Below are positions 50,827 to 64,000 of a stretch of 64,000 nt of DNA, piece by piece. The position numbers were made by a program, and so were the translations under genes. Under the pieces are notes generated by a model. It was not told the origin of the DNA and searched no databases. It saw only the letters and a program-made list of their open reading frames with translations. The DNA comes from Macrostomum hystrix (Eukaryota; Animalia; Platyhelminthes): positions 4,712,001 through 4,776,000 of the forward strand of contig CATNEN010000030.1 in assembly GCA_950097015.1 (NCBI GenBank), read 5' to 3'. Each line of letters starts with the position of its first letter. Positions within the stretch are counted from its first letter, which is position 1.

Positions 50827-53800
50827 CATCCTTGACCAGTTGTCCAGTGGCATCTTGCACCTTTTTGATAGTATCGTCGATGTGCTTCTGATGCTTCGAA
50901 ATGAACGGACGGATGACGCGATTGTAGAGCAGTACAGAGCCATTCGCTTGGATAGGCAACATCAGGTAAATGAGAAGCAAGCATTTAATAAAAGCGTACA
51001 GCGGGATCCACCACAAAAAAATGTCAGTGAATGTTTCAAGAAGACTGAAGCCAGCATACACAACCCAATAGGTTAGCCACTTGGTATCATCCTCCTTGTC
51101 ATGGGTCTCGATGGCTTTCACTGAGGCGTAAGCGGGATAGAGAAATCCAATGAAATTGGCTAGGAACTGGGATCCATAGCCAAACATTAGGTAGATAGTC
51201 ACGAAAGCTAGGACGCCTAAGATAAGGAAATTGAATATTTAATTTGGGATATTGTTAAAGTTGATCAAGGAAGGTGCATGTGAAAATCATTTTACTATTT
51301 CTTACAACATTCAAACAAAATTTCTTGCAATTAGCCTACTTCATTTAAAAAATGCAATATTTTAGACAACAGGTGTGGCAAGTACTTCAACAGCTTTTGA
51401 GGTGGCTAGTAGTGGCTAGTAGCTAGTAGGCTAAAATAAAAGTAGTTTTACTAGGCCTTGGGCCTAGCAATGTTCATAATCATTAATTTGTCTATATAGA
51501 GTAACAGGGCTTATAACTTTATCTTCCTCTCTCTTGGTAGTGTATCACTCTGCATGAGCAGTTTATCCTTCTAAGGCACTGGTCTCTTATGAGTCTCTTC
51601 TCCTATTCTCCAGTCTTTGCTGGGCATTTTCTATGGATCAGAGGGTCACAGCCTCAAATAACCAACTCAACACTTGAACACAATTTTACTCAGTTATAGC
51701 TTATTTGCTTTTTGCCACACTGGCACATTGATTTGTCTCATAGGAATTGCACTCATTTATATACACAAAAAAGGTTTGTCAAAGTGAATGAATTCGACAG
51801 AATATTTGTAATATTTTACATATAAAAATTATTTACTGCATTTAAACAAAGAGCATAGGTACAAATTTGACTTTTAAAAAAATAATTAAAGCATCACTAC
51901 TACAATAGCTAGGCATAGTAATATGATTTTTGGGATGATAAGTTCATGACAAAATCTCCCATTCTCCAATCTACAACAATTACAATTTTAATGTACTTTA
52001 GGGTAAAACATCATGAGGCTAATTCCATGAGATGATGGTTGTTGTGTTGGCGTACATAATAATCATTATTTGTACCAAAGACAAAATAACTTTAGACTTT
52101 GTATGTTCTATATTGATGGGTGTGACCTCTAGATAAGGATAATATACATTTTAAAGTAATTTTATTTACTGTGTTAATGTAGCAGACAGAAACTTTCAAT
52201 TATGGTCACTTTTGGTGAAAGTTGACATATTCAAATTTTCAATGTAAGTTCAAGATTCCTATGAAACAGGCAAGTTTTTGTCTCAATCAATCATTTGTTG
52301 TAGTAAACAATAGCTAGATAAATAGTTATAAACAAATGATAAACAAATGTCACATGTTAGTAGCCAGTTTTAAGTGTGTTGCACATTTTTTCTTAGATGG
52401 TGGTCGTTGGACTGATGGTTGTTTGTTTCAAAAAACGACCATCATTTTTTAAAACAGCATAAGGAATCTCTCTATTTTGGATAATATCTTGGGTTTAAGA
52501 TTGTTTATAACTAATATTAGTTCTAATAAAAATATTTAATGCTTTTCTAACCATAAAATGTATTATACTAATCTCATATTTCAGATCAAGCCTACCATGT
52601 ACTTGTACCTTCAACAAAACATAAACTTCAAGATTGCCTGACTTGATAATCATAAAGATGTTTAGTAGGCCTAGGCCTAATCCTTAGTAGGCCTAATATA
52701 GGAAATAGTGCATAAAACAATTAAATAAACCAATGGCTTAGTATGACTTAACAAAAAAGATAATTTGATCAGCCATTAGCAGACTAAGCACCATGGATAG
52801 TAAGGTACCTGGACACTTTGTCATCTTACAACTTCGTCATCCAGATGACGATCTGTCCAATATCTCAGAGGGTGGATTACGAAGAGACTTAGACTTGTGG
52901 ACACTTCGTCATCTATAAAACAAAAGTTTTCAAAGTTAGAACAGAACCACCCCTCCCCACCTCCTCACATCGTGTTGGCACCTATCTTTCTCTTATAACT
53001 CTTATAATGAAATCAGTTTTGACACCTCTTTTTGACAATTTAGAGTGTGAAGTGTGTTCACACCTCTGCCCCACCACCCCACCCTCACTTTATTGATGAC
53101 GAACTTGATTGCTTGTTATTAGTAGATAACGAACTGACCAAACTTTAAAGCATGCAAATTGGCTGGGCCTGGATAACGAAGGGTCCTACCTTCCAAGTGG
53201 ATGACGAAGTTGTAAGATGACAAAATTGTAAGATGACGAAGTGTCTAGGATCCAATAGTAAAAATGTCCTTAAAGCAGTTTAACAATTAAAAAATTAAAA
53301 TGGCCATGCAAGTCGGCAGGAACAGGCCAGGGGCTGCAAAATGGAGATGATGTCTTTGGTGGCATAATAGATTTATTCAAGGCCATGTGAAGCTTCCACC
53401 ACTCTTCACGATCACATTAACTTTCCACTTCATTTCTGGCCCAGATTCAACCTAGATACAGGTCAAAAAAATTAATTTAAGGCATATAAAACTAGATTAA
53501 CAGCAGAGGCTATCTTAAAGGCTTGAATTCCAAGAACATGTATTGTCTTTAAAATTGACAGAAGAAACTTTTATAAGAGAAATTGATTAAAAATACACAA
53601 CTTGAGAACAGTACTGATGTTATATTTAGTTAATGGTAGGCCCCCCTATGAATTTTATCAAATTTAATTTTTACCTATTGCTAAGCCGAAATGATTAGGC
53701 CTACACTGAATACTGAAATCTAAAGCAGAAAGATATTCATTCTGTATATAATTATAAGTAGGCCTATCTAAAATAGCTATACCTATGAACTTGTATATAG

Positions 53801-53970
53801 TATAAACAATGTACATTCCTATTTCTGGAATGTAATTAGGCCTAGGGCCTATACTTACCAACTGCTAGGTAGATTCGCTTGATTCCAGTTTTATCCTCAA
53901 ATGCTTTGCCAGCTTGACCAATGATATTGTCCTTGTGAAGAAACTTATCTAGCTTATTGATATATTCCAT
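50827..53970 (-). CDS. REEP5: REEP5/DP1/Yop1-family ER-shaping protein. Exons 53970-53859 and 51216-50827; final exon not located
   Basis: MEYINKLDKFLHKDN...EDKTGIKRIYLAV|GVLAFV...IGFLYPAYASVKAIET...DDTKWLTYWVVY...IPLYAFIK...NGSVLLYNRVIRP, with phase-1 GT/AG boundaries. Confidence 0.92.
52804..53253. mobile_element. Mutator-like MITE (450 bp) in REEP5 intron 1
   Basis: Imperfect ~40-bp TIRs GGTACCTGGACACTTTGTCATCTTACAACTTCGTCATCC / GGATGACGAAGTTGTAAGATGAC...GAAGTGTCTAGGATCC. Flanks GATAGTAA/AATAGTAA match 7 of 8. Confidence 0.6.
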
Positions 53971-54579
53971 TATACGTTCTATTTTACACAATATTTTGTT
54001 ATAAAACTGAACAAAAATGTGCAGTGCAATTTTTATTAACTTGCTGATATATAAGTTGTGACAGTGTTCGTTTATCGTGGCCGTATGGTTCTTGTAAATT
54101 ATGCTTTCTTTCTTACTTTTCTTATTATAACAATACAGTATCCGAAATTTTATGTACGGTACACTATTTTGGTTTATATTTTGTACTTTATCTCTTCATA
54201 TGTATTCACAAGCTTTTTGCTCAATATTTATTTTATTCTGTGACTAGAAAGTAGTACTTGGCTCTGACCTTGACCCAATATTCTGATTGGCTTCCTATAC
54301 GTACACCTGGGTATTATTGTACCATATTTGTTCAACACCTAATTAGTACTTTTTATTGTTATAATAATAACATGTTTTGAGTGTTGCCATCGCCATCCCC
54401 TCACCACGTTACAGCTAGTCGAACAAACGCGAATATAGAAAGCAATTTAGATTTAAAATTCCAACCCAAATCCGCTACACAACAACTCTAAGTAAACATG
54501 TGATATTTGTCTATATGTGAATTGAACATGTGATGTTGAAACACAATGTGAAAGTTATAGCTAGGTAAAAAAGCCGCGT

Positions 54580-55100
54580 GCTGAGTCCTGACTCCATCAT
54601 CGCTGACCGGAGGTCGCGCCTGGCGCCTGGCGCATCTCCTCAGAAAGGTTTTCAACTCCGTTGCCAGCGATGACCTAAAGATGCGCCTGCTTCGCGCTAC
54701 CGTAAGCCATGCAATCCTTCAGTACGGAGTGGAGGCAGTGCCAATGACTGACTCGAGTTCTCGAGCCCTGGACGCTGCCTATACCGATCGCTGCTGCTTT
54801 TCGCCCTTATCCACTACCCAGAGCGGCTGCCGACCTGCTGATGGAGCGAGCCCGTGTACCTTAGCTCAGCGTCACCATCCAGCGGCGCCGGCTGATGCTT
54901 GTCGGCCACTGCCTCCGCAGCTGCGGGAGCAAAACCCACTGGCGCTCACCCCTACTGCATGCACCAGCCGACTGAGCGTCTCCGACGGGGCCAAAGCCGG
55001 ACCACCACGCTGACCGCCACGCTGGAGTCCGATCTGCAAGACTTTAACCTGAGCCCACAATCCCTCTCGTCTCTTCTGCTAGCGAGTGCGCGCAAAGTGC
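54580..55100 (+). mobile_element. RTE LINE 3' fragment
   Basis: KMRLLRATVSHAILQYGVEAVPMTDS...RRLMLVGHCLR. Confidence 0.75.
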
Positions 55101-55792
55101 CTATCCTAACCTTCGGGCCCATATTTATAAGTTTATACATTGCTTGCTGCTAGCTATTTTTCGTAAAAACTTGGCAGTCTTTACGGGTCTGGCGAGTTGT
55201 TTGCACTCTTTTGAGGCGGGCGTTAACGTCGCGATGGGCCTAGCTGTGGCTTTTCTTTACTTTCACATCGCGTAGGTTTTCGCGAAGATATTGGCTTTCG
55301 TTCTCGCCCATATGGAAGTTAAGTACGGCCCTGGTGTCAACCCCTGGCTCTTCCTCTTGGCTGGGAGTTCTCCCTTTTAGTTGCTAGTGTAGTGGTACTA
55401 GTCTGCAAAAGCAATTGCAGGAACACGTAGAGAAAATTTCATTTCCCAGCTTGATACCCTCTGTTTACAGAGGAAAGAGAGCTTAAACAGGTTGCTCACT
55501 CTACTATTTATTTAAGCGAATGTTCATACGAGCCTCGTATGAATAAATTTTAATTGTATAAAAATATTATTAAGATTATTTTAATAAAAGCTTGTAAATT
55601 ATATATTTTAATGACTACGAATATTTTAATTTTTCGGATTTTCTGCAGAGGCAGGCAAGCTTATGCATCCGTTTATACAGTTAAAGGTTTATGGTTGCAG
55701 CATGCTGTGCTAAGAACTATATTGTTGGTTTGAGCGAATTCGTATTCAGGTATTATAATACTCATAAAACAATTGAGCATCGAAAAATCAGT

Positions 55793-58151
55793 CTAGTCAA
55801 AGTCAAATTCTTTAACAAAAGAATCAGATAAAAGTTTAACAACAGAGTTTAAGCCTAAAATAATTGCCTGAGCAATTTTCTCAGCGGGTACGTTAGCGGG
55901 GAGACCGTTTAGTAAATTTATAGAAGTTCCGTCGCACGGGAAGACACAATGATGCGTAAAAGCCTTTTGTACCAACATCATCTTATCATTCATAATTCTT
56001 AGACGCAAATCATCCAATGTAAAGTTCGCTTTAGTCCCCTCAAAGTGATTTAGGGCACTTGTCGCATTTTCCAGCGCCGAAGACGCTACTTCTTGCAAGC
56101 GCTGACGAACGCCATTGAGCTCACTTCTGTCGTGCTCGGTGTCGCCTTCGTCACTCGTATCATCGGATGATTCAAAGAAGTTTTCATAAAGGCGCCTGCG
56201 TAAGACGTCGGCAAATGCTGACATGTTTAGTGGTAGCAGCGGCGAATCAGAGAATGTGTATACAAGTGTCGCTACAGATTGTGTCAAGCGTACGTGGGCC
56301 GCTCCGCTAGGGTCAAGCATGCGATAGAGACTAGAAGTCTCGTATCTAGTGTGATATAGATCATAAAGCGTAAGCGTCTTTTGAGGGCCACGGATGTAGC
56401 TGATATCGCAGGCGGGTACACCCAGAGCACGAGTGAACGAAAAATAGTCGGAAGAGTCATCAAGCTTGTAAAAAAAATGCCGTGGCGTGTCGTCAACATC
56501 TATTGCATCTGGAGCTTCAAGTAGAACATCATTGATAGCATCTCTCAGTTGTTCGGAGGCCTGAATTTTAAAATGCAAATCATTTACGAAATATGCACTT
56601 ATAATTGAATGTTCATAATGCATTTAATGTAATACATGTATTTCCGCATCACGGTTGAAAAAATGTGTATGCTAGTGCGATCACAAATAGGCCGTGTGTT
56701 AATTTATCGAAATCAGCAGCAAATAAAAACATTTTTTTACTTACTTGAATAAGCATTTTCCAATCGCCCATTATATCCGTATCGGTATTGAAATATGCTA
56801 CCAGTCTGCTCCCAGCCCGCATGTATTCTTCTTCCACCCACTCGACGCTGCCCATCAATCCAATCTCTTCTGCATCCCACGTGGACATAAGTATTGTGCG
56901 CCGCGGCCGCCAGCCAGTCGTCCGGCTCAGCTCTGCTAGTGCCCAACTAGTCTCCAGCAAAGTTGCTACACCAGTGTGTGGATCTACGGCGCCACCAAAC
57001 CAGGCATCCCGGTGACTTCCAATCAGAACCACTCGATCTGGCTCCCGAATACCAGGAAGCTCTGCGCATGAGTCATGCACCTGGCGGTAGCCAAACTTCA
57101 GCGGCCAGTTAATATGTAGGTATGGCATACTCTCGGTGGAACTGTGGGAGAAGAAAGCCTTCACTAGGGCATCTGCGTCCGCCATGGAGATCGGAATCAC
57201 TGTAACGTTTAACGCAGATTTCCAACCTCCTTTACCACCAGGTTCACGTCTGCTGGCGTACCACCGAGATGGATAGCCTGGAGTAGTCGGGTCTCCAACA
57301 GTGTCCTCCGTCCCACCAATATGAAAAATGACAGCCGTATCAGGCAAACCCGGGCCTTCAGGATATGGTTGTGATCGTATAGGACCTCTCTCTTTGTTGC
57401 CTGCCACGTCATCTACTTCATCACTTGGTGATGTGAAAACAAGCAAAATACCAGTATTATTTGTACTTTTGGCTGCAAGACGCATTATCATTTCTATTGA
57501 GGAAGTCTCGTTTGATCGGACAAGCACCAGATTACCATCAAGAAGGTTTGTCAAATTTTCCACGCTATTAAATAGATAAAAGTCTTCGAGTCTGAGAAGA
57601 CCAAAGTTGCCGCTAAGTGGTCGTGAGAAGGCATAGAAAGCCCTTGACAAACCTTTGATACTTCTATCTTCTTGTGCTAACGGCTTGTCAAGCTCAAGTG
57701 GCTTGCAGCTCTGTGTCTCAAAGCAAACCGACACACTAGGCTCTTCCTCCTTCTTGTTTGACTCCTGCTGATCGACCTCATTCAATGATTCAGTCTTGAT
57801 GGCTTGGTCGAAGTAGGACATTGGTACTTCATATGATCTTCGAGCTACTTGGAAGCCCAGTGTTCGCCAATAGTTCTCTACATACTCGACATGGTGCATA
57901 GCTGTTTTAGAGCCGGCAAGCGAAGAGGTACGGGAGAGCTCCCGGATATGGGCTTCGAGTCGTTCACTGGAGTTGCTTCCTAAGATGATCCGCAGGGTGT
58001 TGCGATTAGTACGAAGCGAATATTCTCTATCCACGAGTGGCTGCTGGGGCAGGCCCGAGGTATAAACAATTACATTACCGATTGAGAGAAGCACAAGTGT
58101 GATCAGAAGGCTCACGGTAAATTGCTGCACCATCTCAAATCTTTGGACCAT
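55793..58151 (-). CDS. Glutamate carboxypeptidase II / NAALADase-like M28B peptidase, ~724 aa. Exons 58151-56745 and 56560-55793
   Basis: N-terminal type II TM segment, GDPTTPGYPS, GSHRDAW, VDPHTG, WDAEEIGLMGSVEW, YFNTD, LYHTRYET and MNDKMMLVQKAF. One phase-0 GT-AG intron. Confidence 0.93.
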
Positions 58152-60080
58152 AGTTAGTCTGCTACGCTTTTATTATTCTCTCTTTGTGCTTTGTTTTCCT
58201 TTCTACTTTTTATCTCCATAGAAAATGTAAGAATATATATATTTTTCCGAAAAGATTAAATTGGCCTATAAATCACAAGACTGCAAGTTCGACCGGCGAT
58301 TCTAGGACCACCTAATTAGGCATGCCTTAGCATGCATATTGTAGGCTAATGGCAGCTCCATACATGCCATACTTCGCAGTACCAATTACCGGCATAAATG
58401 AAGAATTTCTTGAATCCTAGCTCTCTCAGAGTCCATCGGTCATTCAGCCTTGCCCTCTCGTTAGGATATTCGGTTCGAAGACTACTATGATTCACCTTAT
58501 TTTGCTTTTATGAAGGCGTTCATTAAGAACGCAACTGCATGATGGAGTTATCGTGTTTCGCTTATGATCGTATTAGTGGAAGACGCTTTTATCCAGCTTC
58601 ATGCAATGCATGCAATGCATATCCAGCAATGCACAGACTTTGAATGGGTAAAGAGGGCATAAACGACGTGAATCTCCCAGCAAGACGCACACCCGTACAA
58701 GACCGTAAACTATTCAAGACACTCACCTAGAATCCCAAAGCACCACATCGACACTCTACAAAGCCAGCAGAGTCCTGACACCTGTCCTCCTCGTGAACTT
58801 AGGAGGAAAATTAGCTATTATCAGCTATAGTAAGTTAGAAATAGAAAAGGTTTTTCGATCACATTGTAACCCAACTTAAATAATTAAAAAATAGAAAAAG
58901 AAGAGGGCCATCCATATAACTCTCTTTGACTTATGACATGATTCATCATCCATTACTCACACGGCAAGAGCATCTGGAAGTCAACCCAGAAATCATAAAT
59001 ACTATAGATAGCATGCACTCAGATGCTATAGCGCAACGGACTTGCCTGTAGTTGTTACAGCTTCCACAGGCTCTGGTGCTGGCGCTTGAGCCATTTTTCA
59101 ATGTTGTTTAGATAATCGTCAATAATCCTGACGAAGCATGGACGCAGATTTTATGAGCCGTCTCAGCTGCAACCTTGGCATAGTGTTCCCTTGGAGCGCT
59201 TAGCCTCCGTGGGGTGTTTGGTTTCACGCTCTTTCTTACCTCTTACGCTCGTCCGAGTGCCAACCAGTGAGAGCTTCACGTTTACACCGCGAGATGGGGT
59301 TGAATTCCTCGTAGCTGTCACCACCTGAAGGGGTGGGAAAGAGCTTCCCAGCTGCTGAGGTGAGAGAGGCCCTGGGGTTCGCAGCAGGGTAGCCTTCCAG
59401 CTCACCCCGGCCGAACCCGGCATTCGTGAACCCTGAGTGATACCAGTTGCAGCTGCTTGCTATCGATGTGTGCTTGACACTTAATCAGTGGTCAGAAACT
59501 TAGCAGCCACTAACCCTCAATAATGCAGCAGGTCTCACCAACAAAACGGGAAAGGAAGAAGAGGCTTTTAAGTATACATTTCAAGCTCCATCTATTCTGC
59601 TTCTGTTTCCACTCTCTAGCAGATAAGTATTTTTATGGCATCGTACCACTCGGTGTGGTATTATGGTATTCGTGTCATCATATAGTATTTTGCCTTAGTT
59701 ATTTTATTATGATTTCCAGATATCTGGACTCCTTCACTTTGATTGTCTGATTAGATATTAGACGGAATTTATTTTGGCCTTCTTGCTCGCCTTAGTAATG
59801 CTGGAATCTTGCTTATGCAAAAATGTAAAGTCACTGCAGTGAAGCAAGGAAAAAAGAAAAACTGTTTTTGACACCCTAGTATATAGATAGAATACAATCG
59901 TATTTCCTTTAAAGAATAGAAATGATTCGTTTATTTTAACTAGAATTATTTTATTTTGGGATTTAGGACAGCTAGGTAAATAAAAAAAATTTGCAGTTGA
60001 ACGATTTATATAAGTAAGGCAACAAATTTAACGGACAAAAATCTAAATTCACGTCGAAGCTCAAATCCAACCAAAATGTT

Positions 60081-60539
60081 CTACTCATCATCGACCTTGC
60101 GTTCATGGTTCTGGTACAATTGATTTAACAGATTCTGTTCACGAAAGCGTGCAAACTCAGCTGGGTACATCTCTTTAATAAACTCCCACTTTATTGTCTG
60201 GAGCCGGGTTCCAGTTCGGCCTTGTTCTGACTGGCTTACGTACCAAATGTAACCGTTACGCAGGAAAGAAAACATTCGAAATCTCACGATAGAAAACACT
60301 TGTGAGCCGAACATGCGATCAAACGTACCAATAAAGAAGTAGCGTGAGTGATAGCAGTAAAATATTGTGGCCCACAACATAAGGAAAGCAGCTATACCCG
60401 TGCACAGTGAGAAAGCCTTGTCACTGCAGATGGTCATGAGGGACTTGATGATCAGGCTTCTATAGAGAAAGAATGTAGCTGAAAAGTCGTCCAGCGGCTT
60501 TGTAAACTCATTGTCATCTTTAAAGTTTCTGTTAACCAT
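60081..60539 (-). CDS. Hypothetical 152-aa membrane protein
   Basis: ATG-started ORF in AT-rich flanks with a hydrophobic core (AFSLCTGIAAFLMLWATIFY). No family recognised. Confidence 0.45.
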   Translation of the reverse strand: MVNRNFKDDNEFTKPLDDFSATFFLYRSLIIKSLMTICSDKAFSLCTGIAAFLMLWATIFYCYHSRYFFIGTFDRMFGSQVFSIVRFRMFSFLRNGYIWYVSQSEQGRTGTRLQTIKWEFIKEMYPAEFARFREQNLLNQLYQNHERKVDDE

Positions 60540-61189
60540 TTTCTATCAAATAAAAACTAACAGCTAATCTGGCTAAAGGAGTGAATGGCGTAAAAGTGAA
60601 ACAAATATATGAATATATGAATATATGCCAACCCGACGAAATACATAATGATCTATCTATGGTAATTTGACGCATCTCAATGCAAATACATACATTTCAC
60701 GTTCTATTTGGAATAATTTCCCGATTTATAAAACACAAACTTAAATTAGATTATTGAAGCCGTGGCAGTACAGGCAAGAAACAAGCACCCTAAAAAACGG
60801 ACTTCAAGATCAAACTTTGTCTTTTTGCAGCATATATCGTATGCTGTATTCCCTTGATAGGCCCGTCTCTATTCAAACTTTGTAAGGAATGTAACCACCA
60901 AAAAGCTAAAATAATTTTTTAAGCCGACCACAGTCACTGAAAGTTTAAGTTCAGTAGCGGAGGGACATTATTTTTGTGATGGTGAGAAGAAATGCGCAGC
61001 TAATATACGAGTAAATGTATACGATCTGTGCAGTTGCCGATCATTCGCATGCGTGAGTTGTGCTCAGCAGCAAGGGTATTGAACTCGCGCAGTTGCCGCA
61101 TGAGAAACTGCAGCACCCATGTGCTATCGCGGCCAAACAGTGAAGGCGGCTACAGCAGTACTCTGCATCACTTTCCAAAATGCGATTTG

Positions 61190-61990
61190 ACTGCCCAAAC
61201 GTGGATCACCATTTTTAATGACGCAGACATAAAAGACTTTAATGACCTGCTCTCACCTGCAAGGACCCGTGTGCTGCTCAACACGCCGTCACCAGACTTT
61301 GCGAAGAAGCCGCCCGAGTTGGCCTCGTGGTCAATGGCCCACAAAAACGAGGTTCTTCATGCGGGAACCAAAAACAGTCCATCGCTGACTCTCCCGAGTG
61401 GTGAACAAATCATGTCCTGCGACGACTTTCGCTACCTCGGTTCCCTCGTCATGACCCCTGAGACCATCATGGCAAGCTGCCATCAAGCTGTGCCAGATTT
61501 TCTCCTCTGGTGCCCCCGACGAATTAAAGATGAAGACTTTTCATGCTACCGTCGAAACTATTCTGCTCTACGGCCTGGAAGCGGTCCCCATGACTCAATC
61601 AAGGGAAAGAAGTATCGACGCCTCACCCAGAGCCCTTCTTCGCTATGCTATCGGCGTCCGCTACCCAGAGACCATCTCCAACAGTGACCTGGCGAGACGG
61701 ACGGGCGATCTGCCGGTCAGCACAATTCTCCGTCGCAGGCGTCAAACCCTCGCTGGTCACGTCCTCAGGCGCTTCAACCGCGGAGAGGCGAACCCGCTTG
61801 CCATGGCTCTGCTGCATCAGCCCACTGACCTAAAAAACCTAAGAAATAAAACACCAACTCTTGCGCCACGATATCGAATTTAAGGACGATAAGCGAGTCT
61901 GTTGGCAACATATCGTGCAATTCTACTCAACCGAGTGCTGGCGTGAGCTGAGGCTGGCGGTGAAGTTAACAGACTTTAGAAACATCCAAG
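61190..61990 (+). mobile_element. RTE LINE fragment (RT end and C-terminus), frameshifted
   Basis: CDDFRYLGSLV and KTFHATVETILLYGLEAVPMT...RRRRQTLAGHVLR. Confidence 0.8.
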
Positions 61991-62712
61991 CGCACAAGTG
62001 CGAGACGAGCTGCTGAGAATTCAAACTGGCCCGGTTGCACAGAACAGTTTATTTGCAAAGCGATTTTTTTACATAGGCTTTAATGAGCGAAACATTTCAA
62101 TTAACAACAAACAGATTATCGGATCTGCCAAGTCAACCGAAGTCAACTTCAATGCGTTCGGAGCTACCTATGGCCGGTGCCTCCCTCACCGCTGGTCCCG
62201 TCTATCATCTTGCATCCCTCTTCCAGCTCATCCTCTACGGGATCCGCCCTGTTCTTGCTCATCTCCCACTGCATGATCTGCCCCCCTTCCAGCTCGTTCC
62301 AGAAATTCAGTTTCGACGCTTCTGGCTTGCCTTTGTGCCATTGAGGACATGTCTGACACATTGCTCAATGCTAATAACTTGGTTATAGGGTTATAAGGGT
62401 CTCAAACTCAACCTCTCAAATAAGGGTCACATCTCATACCCTTACAATAGCACTGGCCTGATACACATCTGATACACTTGGCCTCTCAAGAAATTACCAT
62501 CTACTTAAATTCAAACAGAGTTGAACTTCATCTGTCTGACTCTGACTGACCCCTGCCATTCCGTTCTCTCTCCCAGACCCGCCATAAATCTCTTGGCGTT
62601 CAGTGATTTCTCAAACTTTCAATAAAGAGAGGGGGCGCAGTGTCTTTAATTATTCGTCCAACTTTCTTAATTATTAATCCCCGCTATATCAAAGTCTAAA
62701 TTTATTCTTCCA

Positions 62713-62928
62713 TCCACTATACTAAAAATGAAATGGTTGCTTGGTTGGTTGGTTGGTTGGTTGGTTGGTTGGTTGGTTGGTTGGTTGGTTGGTTGGTTGG
62801 TTGTAATTGATTTTCTCCCGAACGGCTCAACCAATTTTCACCATTTCTTCACCAAAAGATGCCAAATATGGGGACAATTATACACCTATTTTTATTAAGC
62901 TTAACTTTATTGCTAAAGGGATTAAATA
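62713..62928 (+). mobile_element. 5' end of the same Helitron family as the array, with expanded (GGTT)n
   Basis: A|TCCACTATACTAAAAATGAAATGG...ACGGCTCAACC...GATTAAATA matches 13060-13235. (GGTT)n at ~62740-62802. Confidence 0.9.
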
Positions 62929-64000
62929 CGAGGGTCACTCAGAAAGTCTTTAGCCTGAACAAGAAAACAGCAACATATGAACTAAAAAACCATTACAACT
63001 GCTCAAAGTACTCTCCCCCCGCATTGATACAGGCTTGCATCCTGTGGAACCAGCTGTCGAAGCACTGCCGCCAATCCTCATCCCGGAGGTCCCCGATGAC
63101 GTCTTTGAACTCATTCACAGCTTCTTCCAGCGAAGAAAAAATCTGGCCCTTTAATATCTCCTTGCACTTCGGGAATAAAAAAAAGTCGCACGGTGCCAGG
63201 TCTGGACTGTACGCAGGGTGAGTCATCAGCTGGACACCACAGTCGGCCAGAAACTCGAGAGTTTGAGCTGCCGTGTGCGCACTGGCATTGTCGTGGTGCA
63301 GAAGCACCCCACGCATTCCGCACCTTGGGCGCCTCTGGCTCAAAGCAGAAAAAACTTTGGGCAGGCAAACCGTTGTGTACCAGTCAGCGGTGACTGTCCG
63401 GCGATCTTCCAGTGAAACGGAAGCCACATGTCCAGTGCGCATGAAGAAGCAGGCCACCATCTGCTTGCCGACACTCCGGTTGCGTCGAAACTTGGTTGGG
63501 CTGTCCTCGTCTCTGAAGGTCCACATGGATGACTGGCGCTTGTTTTCGGGGTCGTATTGATAAATCCAGGTCTCATCTCCCGTGAGGATGTCCCAGATAC
63601 GCCGGCTGGTCCCAGATTCGAATTTCTGCAGCATAAATCGGCACCAAGCCACCCGGGTGTCCCTCTGCTCGTCCGACAGCTGATGGGGGATCCACCGGGA
63701 AGCCAGCTTCCGCACTCCGAGGTGTTCGTGCAGAATGGTGTGCACACTCCCCGATCCAATGCCCATCTCCTGCTGGATCTGCTGGTAGGTCACTCGCCGG
63801 TCAGCGTCAATCATGCTGGACACAGCTCAGATATTTTCTGGGGTCACTGCGTTGCAGGGTCTCCTGGATCGATGCTCATCTTCGAGGCTTTCTCGACCTC
63901 GGCAAAACTCAGCGAACCAGTTTTTGACGGTTGCGTATGAAGGACACAGATGAGCGAAAACGTCTTGTAAAGTTTGAAATGAATCGGCCGGCGACTTGCC
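62929..64000 (-). mobile_element. Mariner (DD34D) transposon with a nonsense codon; extends beyond the window
   Basis: TA|CGAGGGTCACTCAGAAAG terminus, and motifs WIPHQL, TGDETW, HHDNASAH and YSPDLAPCDFFLF. In-frame TGA at 63827-63829 separates the HTH region from the catalytic domain. Confidence 0.95.

Noticed and set aside
59160-59520. Possible HDV-like ribozyme around TTCCTCGT
   Set aside because: The P3 helix and the GG after P1' do not form by eye. The region is probably a retroelement UTR fragment, but this is unconfirmed.
62993-63823. Intact active mariner transposase
   Set aside because: An in-frame TGA at 63827-63829 cuts off the N-terminal DNA-binding region.

Overview
Repeat-rich animal genomic DNA with GT-AG introns. 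There are no prokaryotic features, rRNA or CRISPR. The gene and transposon content would fit a flatworm such as Macrostomum, but that is inference only. The dominant structure is a 19.8-kb head-to-tail array (13060-32821) of five non-autonomous Helitrons with TC...hairpin-CTAG ends, inserted at an A|T site. Each unit carries a tRNA-like Pol III promoter segment followed by a 23-bp satellite and then an 18-bp satellite. The array appears nested in an oppositely oriented Helitron. Host genes: a decayed protocadherin, a Rab26/37-like GTPase with Thr in place of the catalytic Gln, a REEP5/DP1-like gene, an intact glutamate carboxypeptidase II-like gene and an orphan membrane-protein ORF. Other mobile DNA: a scrambled Gypsy remnant, a young 1.7-kb non-autonomous LTR element, hAT- and Mutator-like MITEs, a tRNA-derived SINE, RTE LINE fragments, a second Helitron dimer, and a mariner inserted into a further copy of the satellite-Helitron family. 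All coordinates and alignments were read by eye.
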